A stretch of DNA of 64,000 nt from an uncultured Alphaproteobacteria bacterium (GTDB lineage Bacteria; Pseudomonadota; Alphaproteobacteria; HIMB59; GCA-002718135). The stretch covers positions 40,041 to 104,040 of the forward strand of contig CACMQB010000003.1 of assembly GCA_902615745.1 (NCBI GenBank), given 5' to 3'. Below are positions 1 through 13,256 of this stretch, piece after piece (position 1 is the stretch's first letter; each line of letters opens with the position of its first letter). The translations under genes and the position numbers were made by a program. The notes under the pieces are model-generated. The model was not told where the DNA came from. It ran no database searches and saw only the letters and a list, made by a program, of their open reading frames with translations.

Positions 1-1007
1 TATGTAAAGATATTGCGGAATTGAATAAAACAAAAAAAATTGTGATTGTGTGTTCTGGCGCTATTGCATTAGGTGCAAAAAGTATTTCAAATACAAAGTT
101 AAGAAAATTAGAAGATAAACAAGCAGCAGCTTCAGTTGGTCAAATTGAATTAGCCCATCAATGGCGAAATAAACTAGGAAAATACAAGATAGGTGTTTCT
201 CAAATTCTATTAACATTAGAAGATAGTGAAGAAAGGCGACGATATTTAAATGCTAGAAATACAATATCATCATTACAAAGCAAAAACATAATCCCAATCA
301 TTAATGAAAATGACACTGTTGCTACTGAGGAAATTCGCTATGGTGATAATGATAGACTTGCAGCACGAGTAGCACAGATGATTGAAGCTGATTTATTAAT
401 TTTATTAAGTGATATTGATGGGTTGTATCAAGGTAATCCAAAAAAAGATAAGGATGTCGAAAAAATTTCAGAGATATTTAAAATTGATAAAAAAATTGAA
501 GAACTTGGAAATTATCAATCTTCTGAGCTAGGTAGTGGAGGAATGGCCACAAAAATTTTAGCGGCAAAGATAAGTGCTGAAAACGGTTGTGCTACGATAA
601 TCACCAATAGTGATAAAAACAAACCAATTAGTGATATTAATAAAAAAAATTCAACAATTTTTTATCCCTTAACTTCTACAAACTCGTCCAAAAAGAAATG
701 GTTATTAAATCATTTAAAACCATCAGGATCCATTATTATTGATGCAGGAGCTAAAAATGCAATTTTAAAAAATAAAAGTCTTCTTCCTGCAGGTGTAATA
801 GATATCAAGGGAAGGTTCAAAAGAGGCGATGTAATATCTATCTTAGTTGAGAATGGTCAAAAGGTAGCAATAGGCATATCTGCTTATGATTTTAATGATG
901 CAAAAAAAATTATTGGAAAGAAAAGTAAAGAAATTTATAAAGTTTTAGGTTTCGAAGGAAGAGATGAAGTGGTACATAAAGATAATTTAGTTAAGCTTTC
1001 TACATGA
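1..1007 (+). CDS. proB: Glutamate 5-kinase (5'-truncated by the window edge)
   Basis: Motifs NENDTV, GDNDRLAA and GSGGMATK plus a C-terminal PUA domain (SLLPAGV). The frame is open back to base 3, so the true start lies upstream of the window. Confidence 0.96.
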   Translation, partial: CKDIAELNKTKKIVIVCSGAIALGAKSISNTKLRKLEDKQAAASVGQIELAHQWRNKLGKYKIGVSQILLTLEDSEERRRYLNARNTISSLQSKNIIPIINENDTVATEEIRYGDNDRLAARVAQMIEADLLILLSDIDGLYQGNPKKDKDVEKISEIFKIDKKIEELGNYQSSELGSGGMATKILAAKISAENGCATIITNSDKNKPISDINKKNSTIFYPLTSTNSSKKKWLLNHLKPSGSIIIDAGAKNAILKNKSLLPAGVIDIKGRFKRGDVISILVENGQKVAIGISAYDFNDAKKIIGKKSKEIYKVLGFEGRDEVVHKDNLVKLST

Positions 1008-2257
1008 GTATTGAAAATAATATTATTGAATTAGGCAAAAGAGCAAAATCTGCCTCTCTAAATATGAAAGTCTGTAGCAGTGATCAAAAAAATCTTGCTT
1101 TAAAAAAACTCACTAAAAATTTAGATAAAAATAGAAGTAAAATTCTTGAATCTAATAAAATAGATTTAGAAAATGGTGAAAAAAAATCTTTAGCTAAGCC
1201 TTTAATAAATAGACTTACATTAACTGAAAAATCTATTGATGGATTGATTACATCAATTGAAGATATAATCGAAATACCAGATCCAATTGGAATTACATTA
1301 GAAAAATGGGAAAGACCTAATGGTTTGCAGTTTCGTAAAATTTCAACACCACTTGGAGTATTAGGTGTGATTTATGAATCCAGACCGAACGTCACTGTTG
1401 ATGCGTCTTGTCTTTCTATAAAATCTGGCAATTGTATAATTTTAAGAGGTGGTAGTGATAGTTTTCATTCCTCTAAGGAATTGGTAAATAATATTACAAA
1501 TGCTTTCACAGAAGCTGGCCTCCCTGAACATTGTGTCCAAATGATTAATACACCTAAAAGAGAAGCGGTTGATCATTTGCTAAGCATGAGAGATTATGTT
1601 GACGTCATTATTCCTAGGGGTGGCAAAGGTTTGATTGAAAAAATTAATTCAGCAAGCAAAATACCCGTTATCAAACATTTAGATGGTATATGTCATGTGT
1701 ATGTAGATAAAGATGCTGATTTAAGTATTGCAGAAAAAGTAGTTTTTAATAGCAAAATGAGACGTCCTGAAATTTGTGGTGCTGCAGAAACACTTTTAAT
1801 TGATGAAAAAATTAAAGACGAAGCAATGAAAATTTTAAAACCTCTAAAAGAAGTAAATTGTGAAATTAGAGGTGATGAATATATTCAGTCTTTAGATAGT
1901 GATTTTAAAACGGCAAGTGAAGAAGATTGGTCATTAGAATATTTAGATAAAATTTTATCAGTAAAAATTGTTTCAGGAGTTGATGAAGCGGTTAAGCATA
2001 TAAATGATTATTCTTCTGGACATACGGAAAGTATAATTACAGAAAGTGAAAAAACCTTTGAAAAATTTTATAATAAGATTGACAGCGCAATAATACTTAA
2101 AAATGCATCTACACAATTTGCGGATGGCGGTGAATTTGGTTTTGGTGCTGAGATAGGAATCTCAACAGACAAAATACATGTGAGAGGACCAGTGGGAACA
2201 AAACATTTAACTACATTTAAATATGTAGTTAATGGTAATGGCCAGGAAAGACCTTAA
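1004..2257 (+). CDS. proA: Gamma-glutamyl phosphate reductase
   Basis: IYESRPNVT, ICGAAETLL and NASTQFADGGEFGFGAEIGIST motifs; ATGA overlap with proB. Confidence 0.97.
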   Translation: MSIENNIIELGKRAKSASLNMKVCSSDQKNLALKKLTKNLDKNRSKILESNKIDLENGEKKSLAKPLINRLTLTEKSIDGLITSIEDIIEIPDPIGITLEKWERPNGLQFRKISTPLGVLGVIYESRPNVTVDASCLSIKSGNCIILRGGSDSFHSSKELVNNITNAFTEAGLPEHCVQMINTPKREAVDHLLSMRDYVDVIIPRGGKGLIEKINSASKIPVIKHLDGICHVYVDKDADLSIAEKVVFNSKMRRPEICGAAETLLIDEKIKDEAMKILKPLKEVNCEIRGDEYIQSLDSDFKTASEEDWSLEYLDKILSVKIVSGVDEAVKHINDYSSGHTESIITESEKTFEKFYNKIDSAIILKNASTQFADGGEFGFGAEIGISTDKIHVRGPVGTKHLTTFKYVVNGNGQERP

Positions 2258-2836
2258 TTGAAAAAGATTGGACTTCTAGGAGGGTCTTTTGATCCACCAC
2301 ATCGAGGGCATCTATTTATTTCAAATGAAGCTAAAAAAGTATTACAGCTAGATGAAATTTGGTGGCTAGTTACACCTCAAAACCCCTTGAAGATTTCAAA
2401 GCCCGCAACATACGAAGAGAGATTACAAAATTGTAGACAAATTACAAAAAATTTTCCTATAAAAATATTAGAAGTAGAAAAAAAAATTAAATCTCAATAC
2501 TCTTATCAAACAATTAAATTTCTAATTCAATATTATAAAAATATTAAATTTGTTTGGTTAATGGGTGCAGACAATTTAGTTAATTTCCACGAATGGGAAA
2601 AATGGCAATCAATTTTTCATATTATCTCTATTGTTATTTTTAGAAGACATGGATATAATACGAGTGCTTTGAAAAGTGTTGCAGCAAAAAAATTTATTCA
2701 TCATAAATATATAGCTCAAGACATAGAACATGTTTCAAAAAAAATTCCTGCATGGACTTTGATTCAAAATAAAGAAATTAAAATTTCATCATCTGAAATT
2801 AGAAATCAAAGAAATAAATTAAGAGGCAAATATTAA
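2258..2836 (+). CDS. nadD: Nicotinate-nucleotide adenylyltransferase
   Basis: GGSFDPPHRGH (HxGH), WLMGADN and ISSSEIR motifs; canonical position after proA; TTG start. Confidence 0.93.
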   Translation: MKKIGLLGGSFDPPHRGHLFISNEAKKVLQLDEIWWLVTPQNPLKISKPATYEERLQNCRQITKNFPIKILEVEKKIKSQYSYQTIKFLIQYYKNIKFVWLMGADNLVNFHEWEKWQSIFHIISIVIFRRHGYNTSALKSVAAKKFIHHKYIAQDIEHVSKKIPAWTLIQNKEIKISSSEIRNQRNKLRGKY

Positions 2837-2849
2837 TAAAGTTACTTCA

Positions 2850-3185
2850 TTGACAGAAAATATTGTATCAATACTAAGTGATGCAAAAGCTGAAGATATA
2901 AAAATTATTGATTTATCTAATAAATCATCCGTTGCTGATGCCTTTGTAATTGCTACCTGTAGGTCAACTAGACATTCAGATGCTACAGCAGACGAAATAG
3001 TAAAAAAATTAAAAAAAGAAGGGATAAAGTGTCCAAATCCTGAAGGAAGACCTCAATGTGACTGGATAATTGTTGATGCAGGTGAGATTATTGTTCATTT
3101 GTTTCGACAAGAAATTAGAGAATTATATGCATTAGAAAAATTATGGGAAGTAAGCTTTGATTCTTCACAAACTAAACTAGCTTAA
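2850..3185 (+). CDS. rsfS: Ribosome silencing factor RsfS (iojap)
   Basis: DAKAEDI...EG...WIIVDAGEIIVHLF...RELYALEKLW; follows nadD; start codon uncertain. Confidence 0.93.
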   Translation: MTENIVSILSDAKAEDIKIIDLSNKSSVADAFVIATCRSTRHSDATADEIVKKLKKEGIKCPNPEGRPQCDWIIVDAGEIIVHLFRQEIRELYALEKLWEVSFDSSQTKLA

Positions 3186-3190
3186 AATAT

Positions 3191-4486
3191 ATGATAATTT
3201 CAAAAAATGTTTTTTTAAAAGTAATACTACTGCTCACCCTCATTACACTTCTTGCACCTAAAACATATGGATCTTCTTCAGATGAAGAAAAATATAAATA
3301 TTTAGATCTATTTGGACAAGTGTTTGACAGGGTAAGATCTTCCTATGTGGAAGAGGTTACGGATCAAGAATTAATTGAAAAAGCGATTGATGGAATGTTG
3401 TCAGGTTTAGATCCTCATTCTGGTTTTATGAATGAAGAAGTATTTCAAGAAATGCAAATGGATACAGAGGGTAAATTTGGTGGATTAGGTATTGAAATTA
3501 CTATGGAAGAAGGTTTTGTGAAAGTCATTGCTCCGATAGAAGATACGCCTGCATATGATGCTGGAGTTCTTGCAGGTGATTATATTATTCAAATAGACGA
3601 AACACCTGTTTTTGGTCTAACTCTAAATGAAGCTGTTGAATTAATGAGAGGCAAAAAAGGGGAGTCAATAGTAATTACTATTTCAAGAGCAAATACTGAA
3701 CCCTTTGAGATTGAAATTATCAGAGATTATATCAAAATTAGATCAGTTAAAAGTGAAGTGCTTAACAATATTGGATACTTAAGAATAACATCTTTTAATG
3801 AACAAACAGAAAGTGGTCTTCTAAATGCTATAAAAAAGATTGGACAAGAAAATAAAATAAAAGGTTATGTTTTAGATGTACGGTCAAACCCAGGCGGTCT
3901 TCTTACACAAGCAGTTAAGGTAACGGATATATTCTTGGCAAGAGGAGAAATTGTTTCAACAAGAGGTAGAGATAAAAAAGACATAAGAAGATATCGTGCA
4001 AAAAAATCTGATAGAACTAATGGAAAACCACTTGTTGTAATTATTGATGGTGGTTCTGCATCAGCTTCTGAAATTGTTGCAGGCGCACTTCAAGATCATA
4101 AAAGAGCAATCATTATAGGTACACAATCTTTTGGAAAGGGTTCAGTTCAAACAATAATTCCTTTTCAAGTTTCAAATAGTGATAATCTAACTGGTATAAG
4201 ATTAACTACCGCCAGATATTATACTCCTTCAGGTGAATCAATCCAAGGTAAGGGGATCGTACCAGATATAATCATTGAACAAGGAGAATTTGAATCTTTT
4301 GATTATAAAAGATTTTCTGAATCAGATCTAAAAGACTCTCTTGATAAAGATAATGAAGAAGATGTTGAAGAAAATGAAGATAATGAATTAAGTGAATTTG
4401 AAAAACGTTTAGAGATTGATTATCAACTTCGAAGAGCCTTTGATCTTGTGCAAGGTGTAAGTCTCTTTAATGAAACTCAAGAATAA
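3191..4486 (+). CDS. ctpA: S41 family C-terminal processing protease
   Basis: Signal peptide, PDZ domain (GLGIEI), DVRSNPGG, SASASEIVAGALQD and SFGKGSVQ motifs. Confidence 0.93.
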   Translation: MIISKNVFLKVILLLTLITLLAPKTYGSSSDEEKYKYLDLFGQVFDRVRSSYVEEVTDQELIEKAIDGMLSGLDPHSGFMNEEVFQEMQMDTEGKFGGLGIEITMEEGFVKVIAPIEDTPAYDAGVLAGDYIIQIDETPVFGLTLNEAVELMRGKKGESIVITISRANTEPFEIEIIRDYIKIRSVKSEVLNNIGYLRITSFNEQTESGLLNAIKKIGQENKIKGYVLDVRSNPGGLLTQAVKVTDIFLARGEIVSTRGRDKKDIRRYRAKKSDRTNGKPLVVIIDGGSASASEIVAGALQDHKRAIIIGTQSFGKGSVQTIIPFQVSNSDNLTGIRLTTARYYTPSGESIQGKGIVPDIIIEQGEFESFDYKRFSESDLKDSLDKDNEEDVEENEDNELSEFEKRLEIDYQLRRAFDLVQGVSLFNETQE

Positions 4487-4488
4487 TA

Positions 4489-4959
4489 ATGCAAAAAAAA
4501 TATAGAAAATGTGTGGGAATGATGATTCTCAATGCAAGAAATCAAATTTTAGTTGGTCGAAGATTAGATCATCCAAGTGGATATTGGCAAATGCCTCAAG
4601 GTGGTATCGATGAAAATGAAAATCCTGAAGAAGCAGTTTGGAGAGAAATGATGGAAGAGATTGGTACGAATAATGCATCTTTGATTAATTCATCACAAGA
4701 ATGGATCTCTTATGACATACCTACAGAAACACTCAATACATTACCTTGGGGTGATAAATACATAGGTCAAATTCAAAAGTGGTTTTTATTTCGTTTTACA
4801 GGAATTGATAAAGACATAAATGTAGGAACAGAAAATCCTGAGTTTAGTGAATGGAAATGGATGGACTATGATGAAATTAGCCAAAACGCAGTACCATTTA
4901 AAAGAAATGTTTATATAAAAATTCAAAAAGAATTTAGAAGTAATTTAGTTAAAGTTTAA
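4489..4959 (+). CDS. rppH: RNA pyrophosphohydrolase (Nudix)
   Basis: WQMPQGGID..E.PEEAVWREMMEEIG Nudix box, GQIQKWF, PEFSEWKW; typical position after ctpA. Confidence 0.92.
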   Translation: MQKKYRKCVGMMILNARNQILVGRRLDHPSGYWQMPQGGIDENENPEEAVWREMMEEIGTNNASLINSSQEWISYDIPTETLNTLPWGDKYIGQIQKWFLFRFTGIDKDINVGTENPEFSEWKWMDYDEISQNAVPFKRNVYIKIQKEFRSNLVKV

Positions 4960-4971
4960 TTTAGAAAGAAA

Positions 4972-5369
4972 TTAAATTTTATGGTAATAATTTACATTTA
5001 TTGCTTCTAATTTTGCTTTAGCTACAGATAGTTGCTCCTCTGATTCTTTACCTTCTTTATTTTCTAATTCTTGTATTTCTTTTTCAATTGATGTTTTTTC
5101 TAAAGAATTAACTTCAACAACACTTTCTGCAAGAACAATACATTTTTCGGGATTGATTTCTGCAAAACCACCAGAAACAAAAAAGGATTTAATTAAATTT
5201 TTATCTTCACTGTATACCATAACTCTTCCTGGTCTAAGAGAGGACATGACCTTACTATGTCCTGGTAAAATACCTAAGTCGCCATCTTTACCAGGGACAA
5301 TTATAGTACCAACTTCATCATTGAAGACAAGGTTTTCTGGAGAAACTAAATCAAAAGAAATTGTTGCCA

Positions 5370-5370
<1 letters not shown>
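4972..5370 (-). CDS. atpC: ATP synthase F1 epsilon subunit
   Basis: LVSPE, PGKDGDLGILPGH and VSGGFAEI motifs; last gene of the F1 operon. Confidence 0.96.
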
Positions 5371-7695
<2,325 letters not shown>

Positions 7696-7698
7696 AGA

Positions 7699-9234
7699 TT
7701 AGTTACTTGCAAACTTTCCAACCAAATCATCTAAGATTGATTTTAATTTATCATCATTATCTTTAGATAATTCTTTTTCATTGGCAATTGCATCTAATAA
7801 ATCACTATGCTTAGCTCTAATCTCATTTAAAACTTCTGTTTCAAACTTGACTACATCGCCTACTGCAACTTTATCAAGATATCCGCGTACACCTGCATAA
7901 ATAGATACAACTTGCTCTGAAACGGTTAGTGGTGAATATTGACCTTGTTTTAAAATTTCAACTAGTCTTGCACCACGATCAAGTAATTGTTTTGTAGAAG
8001 CATCTAAGTCTGATGCAAACTGTGCAAAAGCAGCCATTTCACGATATTGAGCTAATTCTAGTTTTACAGGACCAGCAATTTTTTTCATTGCTTTTGTTTG
8101 CGCAGCAGAACCAACACGACTTACTGAAAGACCAACGTTAATCGCAGGTCGAATACCAGCAAAGAATAGGTTGGTTTCCAAGAATATTTGTCCATCAGTA
8201 ATGGATATAACATTCGTTGGAATATAAGCAGATAAATCCCCTGCTTGAGTTTCAATAATTGGAAGGGCGGTCAAACTTCCACCACCATGTTCATCACTCA
8301 TTTTGGCAGCTCTTTCTAAAAGACGACTATGAATGTAAAATACATCTCCAGGATATGCTTCACGTCCAGGAGGTCTTCTTAATAAAAGAGACATCTGTCT
8401 GTAAGCAACAGCTTGCTTTGATAAATCATCATAAACAATTAATGCATGCATACCATTATCTCTAAAATATTCACCCATTGTACAACCAGTATAAGCAGAT
8501 AAAAATTGCAACGGTGCAGGCTCTGATGCAGTTGCAGATACAACAATTGTATATTCCATTGCGCCATTATCTTCTAGAGTTTTTACAATTTGAGCAACTG
8601 TTGATCTTTTCTGACCAATTGCAACATAGATGCAATATAACTTTTCTTTTTCATTGTCTGATTGATTTACAGATTTTTGATTTAAGATTGTATCAATAGC
8701 AACAGCAGTTTTACCTGTTTGTCTGTCACCAATTATTAATTCACGCTGTCCTCTTCCAACTGGAACAAGAGCATCTAGTGCTTTAATACCTGTCTGCATA
8801 GGTTCGGATACACTTTGTCGAGGAATAATACCTGGGGCTTTTAATTCAATTCTTCTCTTTTCAGAAGATTGAATAGGACCTTTACCATCAATAGGATTTC
8901 CTAAACCATCAACAACACGTCCTAACAATTCTTTTCCAACAGGAACGTCAACAATTTCTCCTGTACGTTTAACTGTGTCACCTTCTTTAATTCCAGTATC
9001 ATCACCGAAGATTGAAACACCAACGTTATCCATTTCAAGGTTGAGGGCCATACCTTTAATGCCGCCTGGGAATTCTACCATCTCTCCAGCTTGTACTTGA
9101 TCAAGACCATACACACGTGCAATTCCATCTCCAACACTTAGTACTGTCCCAACCTCAGCAACATCCGCTTTAGTTTCAAAATTAGCTATTTGGTCTTTAA
9201 TTACAGACGATATTTCTGCAGCTTTAATTTCCAT
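7699..9234 (-). CDS. atpA: ATP synthase F1 alpha subunit
   Basis: GDRQTGKT and [13 protein letters not shown] motifs. Confidence 0.99.
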   Translation of the reverse strand: MEIKAAEISSVIKDQIANFETKADVAEVGTVLSVGDGIARVYGLDQVQAGEMVEFPGGIKGMALNLEMDNVGVSIFGDDTGIKEGDTVKRTGEIVDVPVGKELLGRVVDGLGNPIDGKGPIQSSEKRRIELKAPGIIPRQSVSEPMQTGIKALDALVPVGRGQRELIIGDRQTGKTAVAIDTILNQKSVNQSDNEKEKLYCIYVAIGQKRSTVAQIVKTLEDNGAMEYTIVVSATASEPAPLQFLSAYTGCTMGEYFRDNGMHALIVYDDLSKQAVAYRQMSLLLRRPPGREAYPGDVFYIHSRLLERAAKMSDEHGGGSLTALPIIETQAGDLSAYIPTNVISITDGQIFLETNLFFAGIRPAINVGLSVSRVGSAAQTKAMKKIAGPVKLELAQYREMAAFAQFASDLDASTKQLLDRGARLVEILKQGQYSPLTVSEQVVSIYAGVRGYLDKVAVGDVVKFETEVLNEIRAKHSDLLDAIANEKELSKDNDDKLKSILDDLVGKFASN

Positions 9235-9791
9235 TATGCCCCCTTCATTGCAATTTTAAGTTTATTAATTTTATTCGCTATAGATGTATCAATCATTTTG
9301 GAACCAACCTTAACAATTAAACCACCAATAATGTCTTCATCGACATCAAAATTTAAAGATAATTTTTCACCTAAAGATTTTTTAAGTTGATTTGTAATAT
9401 TATTTTTTTCATCATCAGATAATATGTTTGCTGATGTTATGTCAGCAGTAATATCACCTCTTTTTTCGGAGTTTATTTTTTTAAATTGTAAAATAATAGA
9501 AGCGATATTTGAAATTCTTTTATTGTTATCAAGAACTTTTAAAAAAGTTGTCGTAAGATTATGTAAATTTGCTTCAGAAAATAACTTTAATAAAATATTA
9601 AGTTTCTCATCTGAATTTATTAATGGACTTTTAATAACCTGTCTTAATTCTGAACTTTCTTTCAATGCTTTATTCACTAATTCAAAATCTTTTAGAATAT
9701 CATCAATGCATTTTTTTTCAGAAGCAAGATCATAGAGAGCAGCTCCGTACCTTTCCGATATAAGATCTCCAGATAATGTATTAGATGCCAT
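9234..9791 (-). CDS. atpH: ATP synthase F1 delta subunit
   Basis: RYGAALY at the N-terminus, [17 protein letters not shown] at the C-terminus; first gene of atpHAGDC. Confidence 0.96.
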   Translation of the reverse strand: MASNTLSGDLISERYGAALYDLASEKKCIDDILKDFELVNKALKESSELRQVIKSPLINSDEKLNILLKLFSEANLHNLTTTFLKVLDNNKRISNIASIILQFKKINSEKRGDITADITSANILSDDEKNNITNQLKKSLGEKLSLNFDVDEDIIGGLIVKVGSKMIDTSIANKINKLKIAMKGA

Positions 9792-9909
9792 AAATTAAGT
9801 TCATAAGAAGTTTAGAGATAGGCTATTAACACATCAGAAAAAGTAGGTAAACTGTCAGTTTGTGCGTCAAATGAGTTAAATCGAAGATATTTTTAAAATT
9901 GTGGGTAAA

Positions 9910-11865
9910 TTACATAAATGAGTAGGGATCGACATCAATAATTAACTTTACAGAAGAAGGTAATTTAGTCTTTTCGACAATTTTTTTTGTGAATTTATTC
10001 AGATTTTTTCTACTATTGCTCTTCAATAATATTCTGTATCGATATTGTCCTCTAAGCAAAGAAATTGGAGCTTCAACTGGACCAAGAATTTTAATATTTT
10101 CACTATTTTGATCTTGTTGAGCTAGTCTTGAAGCTTGTTTAAGAACTAAAGCTTTTGTATGACTAGAAAGAATTATTGAAGTCATAAAACCAAAAGGAGG
10201 AATATTAAAATTCTTTCTCTCTTCTAAAGCTTTTTCAATAAAAGCTTCTCTTTCTCGAAGTTGAATCGACTTAATTATTTCTTGATCTGGAAAATATGTT
10301 TGAAGAAAAACTTTACCAATTTTTTTTCCTCTACCAGCTCTTCCTCCAACTTGCTGAAGTAGGTTAAAAGTTTTTTCTATAGCTCTAGGATCACCGCCAA
10401 ATAAACCTGCGTCCGCATCAACTATTCCTACTAATGACAAATTTGGAAAATCATATCCTTTTGCCATAATTTGTGTAGCTACAATTATATCTATATTTTT
10501 GTTGTTTATATCAGTAATAAATTTTTTAATTTTGTTTGGTGTGTTCACGTTGTCACTAGACATGATGGAAATATTTTTACCAGGAAAGAATTCCTTTAGC
10601 TCTTCTGCAATTCTTTCAACACCAGGGCCAACAAATTTTATACTATCTTTTTCATTACATTGAGGACAATCTAAATTTAATTTTTTAATAGTTCCACATT
10701 GATGACATAAAAAAACTTTTTTCTGTTGATGCATAACCATCCATGATGAGCATTGATCACATTCATATCTGAACCCACAACTATTACACAAAGTTAATGG
10801 TGAGTATCCTCTGCGATTTAAAAAAATAAGAGTTTGTTCCTTATTATCTAAACACTGTGAAATAGAATCTATAATTGTTTGTGATATCCATTTATCTTTA
10901 TCAAGTTTATCTTTATTTAAATCAATTATAGAAATTTCAGGTAACGGAGTTCCGGAGAATTGTTTTGATAAATAGACTTGATCATATTTTTTAATTTTAA
11001 CATTATTTATTGTTTCTAAAGACGGCGTTGCTGAAGCTAATAATATAAAATTTTTTTCAATTTTAGCTCTTACAACTGCAAGATCTCTTGCTTGGTAACG
11101 TATATTGTCCTCTTGTTTATAACTAGAATCATGTTCTTCATCGACAACAATTATTCCTAAGTTTGTAAAAGGAAGAAACAAACTTGAACGAGCGCCGATA
11201 ACAATGACTGGATCTCCAGCAAAACATTTATGCCAAATTTTTTGCCTATTTTTTTTTGTAATTTTAGAATGCCACAAACACACTTCCATTCCAAAACGCT
11301 TCTTTACTCTTGTCTCTAATTGCGGTGTTAGGCTAATTTCTGGAACCATTATTAATATTTGTTTTTTTTCTTTTAAAAATTTATCTATTATTTCAAAATA
11401 TACTTCAGTTTTACCAGAGCCTGTTACACCTTCTAATAAAACAGGTTTATTTGATTTATTAAATGATTGGGTAATTTCTTTGAATGAATTTGCTTGCTCT
11501 TCACTCAAGGTCACTAAATAAGGTTTGGTGTTATTGAAACTATTTAATTTTTCTTTATCAAATTCCACTATATCATTATTAATAAGAAATAATTTTAATA
11601 CTGCTCCTAGTGGAGCTAAAGTATAACTTGCGATCCAATTTATAAAATCGATTGAAGAATTCTGAAAGATAAGATCATTACAAATTTTTGTAACCTCTTT
11701 AATTTCGTATCCAGGATTTTTAACATTCTTGTTCCAAATAATTCCAGCTTCTATTTTTTTTCCAAATGGAACTAAGACTACTTGACCAATTTCAAGTTGC
11801 TCATTTGTTGAAGAATAAGTGAAAACTTTGTCAAAAGGTCTTGTTACAACTACATCGTACAACAT
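9910..11865 (-). CDS. priA: Primosomal protein N' (replication-restart helicase)
   Basis: GVTGSGKT, DEEH, four CxxC pairs and QVGGRAGR. Start placed at the ATG at 11865 (MLYDVVV) rather than the ORF-track start at 11925. Confidence 0.95.
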   Translation of the reverse strand: MLYDVVVTRPFDKVFTYSSTNEQLEIGQVVLVPFGKKIEAGIIWNKNVKNPGYEIKEVTKICNDLIFQNSSIDFINWIASYTLAPLGAVLKLFLINNDIVEFDKEKLNSFNNTKPYLVTLSEEQANSFKEITQSFNKSNKPVLLEGVTGSGKTEVYFEIIDKFLKEKKQILIMVPEISLTPQLETRVKKRFGMEVCLWHSKITKKNRQKIWHKCFAGDPVIVIGARSSLFLPFTNLGIIVVDEEHDSSYKQEDNIRYQARDLAVVRAKIEKNFILLASATPSLETINNVKIKKYDQVYLSKQFSGTPLPEISIIDLNKDKLDKDKWISQTIIDSISQCLDNKEQTLIFLNRRGYSPLTLCNSCGFRYECDQCSSWMVMHQQKKVFLCHQCGTIKKLNLDCPQCNEKDSIKFVGPGVERIAEELKEFFPGKNISIMSSDNVNTPNKIKKFITDINNKNIDIIVATQIMAKGYDFPNLSLVGIVDADAGLFGGDPRAIEKTFNLLQQVGGRAGRGKKIGKVFLQTYFPDQEIIKSIQLREREAFIEKALEERKNFNIPPFGFMTSIILSSHTKALVLKQASRLAQQDQNSENIKILGPVEAPISLLRGQYRYRILLKSNSRKNLNKFTKKIVEKTKLPSSVKLIIDVDPYSFM

Positions 11866-11928
11866 TATATTTATGTATTTTTTATATGTTAACTTTCTAA
11901 ATAACTTGTATATGGTATACAACAAACA

Positions 11929-12588
11929 ATGAAATTTTTTATAGACACTGCCAATATACCTGAGATTGAAGAGTTAATGCCTAGTGGATTAATAGACGGT
12001 GTTACGACAAACCCATCTCTCATTGCAAAAAGTGGTAAAGATATGGGGGAAACAATTAAAACAATTTGTTCCATAGTATCTGGTCCAGTAAGTGCAGAAG
12101 TGACAGCAACGGAATATAATAAAATGCTTGAAGAGGGTGAGTACTTAGCATCATTAGCTAAGAATGTTGCTGTAAAAGTTCCTCTTACACCTGCTGGTCT
12201 TCAGACATGCAAAGCTCTTAGAGAAAAAGATATCATGGTAAATGTAACGTTGTGTTTTAGTGCTGCTCAAGCATTACTAGCCGCTAAAGTTGGAGCAACA
12301 TTTATTTCTCCTTTTGTGGGAAGATTAGATGACATTGGTGAAAAAGGAATGGATCTGATTTCAGACATAGTAATAATGTATGAAAATTATGGATTTGATA
12401 CGGAAATATTAGTTGCTTCGATAAGAAATACTCAACATCTTATTGATGCAGCTGTGATTGGTGCCCATGTTTCAACCCTACCACCTAAAGTTATTCACGA
12501 ATTATATAAACATCCTCTCACAGATAAAGGGCTGAAAGCATTTCTTGATGATTGGGCAAAAACAGGACAGCAAATCTTGCCAAAATAA
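11929..12588 (+). CDS. tal: Transaldolase (short Fsa/TalC family)
   Basis: [20 protein letters not shown] (Schiff-base Lys), NVTLCFS and SPFVGRLDD motifs. Confidence 0.92.
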   Translation: MKFFIDTANIPEIEELMPSGLIDGVTTNPSLIAKSGKDMGETIKTICSIVSGPVSAEVTATEYNKMLEEGEYLASLAKNVAVKVPLTPAGLQTCKALREKDIMVNVTLCFSAAQALLAAKVGATFISPFVGRLDDIGEKGMDLISDIVIMYENYGFDTEILVASIRNTQHLIDAAVIGAHVSTLPPKVIHELYKHPLTDKGLKAFLDDWAKTGQQILPK

Positions 12589-12593
12589 TCGTA

Positions 12594-13256
12594 ATGGCGC
12601 ATGAAGATGAAATTAGTGAAAAACAAATAATAAATTTTTTAAAAAAAAATAAAAATTTTTTTATTAAAAATTCAGAATTAGTTAATGAACTAAATTTTCC
12701 AACCGTAGATAATAGTTCAGATAAGGTGGTTGATTTAGAGGCTTATAGATATAAAAAAATATCTCAACATAATATAGATCTACAAAATCAAATGACAAAA
12801 GTACTGCTAGCAGGAAAAAGCCATTTAAATGCTCAAAAAAGAATTCTTAAATCTACAATTAGAATTCTAAATGTAAAAAGTTTACAAAAATTAATAAGTT
12901 TAATTAAAAATGATCTTAAGACAATTCTAGGTTGTGATGAAATGAATTGTTTTGTTACAAATGAAAATATTAGAGCAGAAAATTTATCACAACTGGATAT
13001 TAAAATTGCAAATAGTTATTTTAAAAACAAAATGGTTACAAATTTAAATCAAAATCCTAAAGGTTTACTTTTATTTTTTCCTAATAAATCAGCAACGATA
13101 AAATCATATATTTTATTAAAAGTTAAATTTCGTGAAGATAGTCTAATATTAGCCATGGGATCAAAAGATAAAAATAAATTCACAGTTGATATGCAAACTG
13201 ATCTTGTTGAGTACTTAATTAAAATTATAGAAGTAAATTTGCTAAACATAAAATGA
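12594..13256 (+). CDS. DUF484 (YigA-like) family protein
   Basis: N-terminal FLKKNKNFF...VVDL pattern and the usual priA/tal-DUF484 synteny; divergent sequence; start moved to the ATG at 12594. Confidence 0.65.
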   Translation: MAHEDEISEKQIINFLKKNKNFFIKNSELVNELNFPTVDNSSDKVVDLEAYRYKKISQHNIDLQNQMTKVLLAGKSHLNAQKRILKSTIRILNVKSLQKLISLIKNDLKTILGCDEMNCFVTNENIRAENLSQLDIKIANSYFKNKMVTNLNQNPKGLLLFFPNKSATIKSYILLKVKFREDSLILAMGSKDKNKFTVDMQTDLVEYLIKIIEVNLLNIK

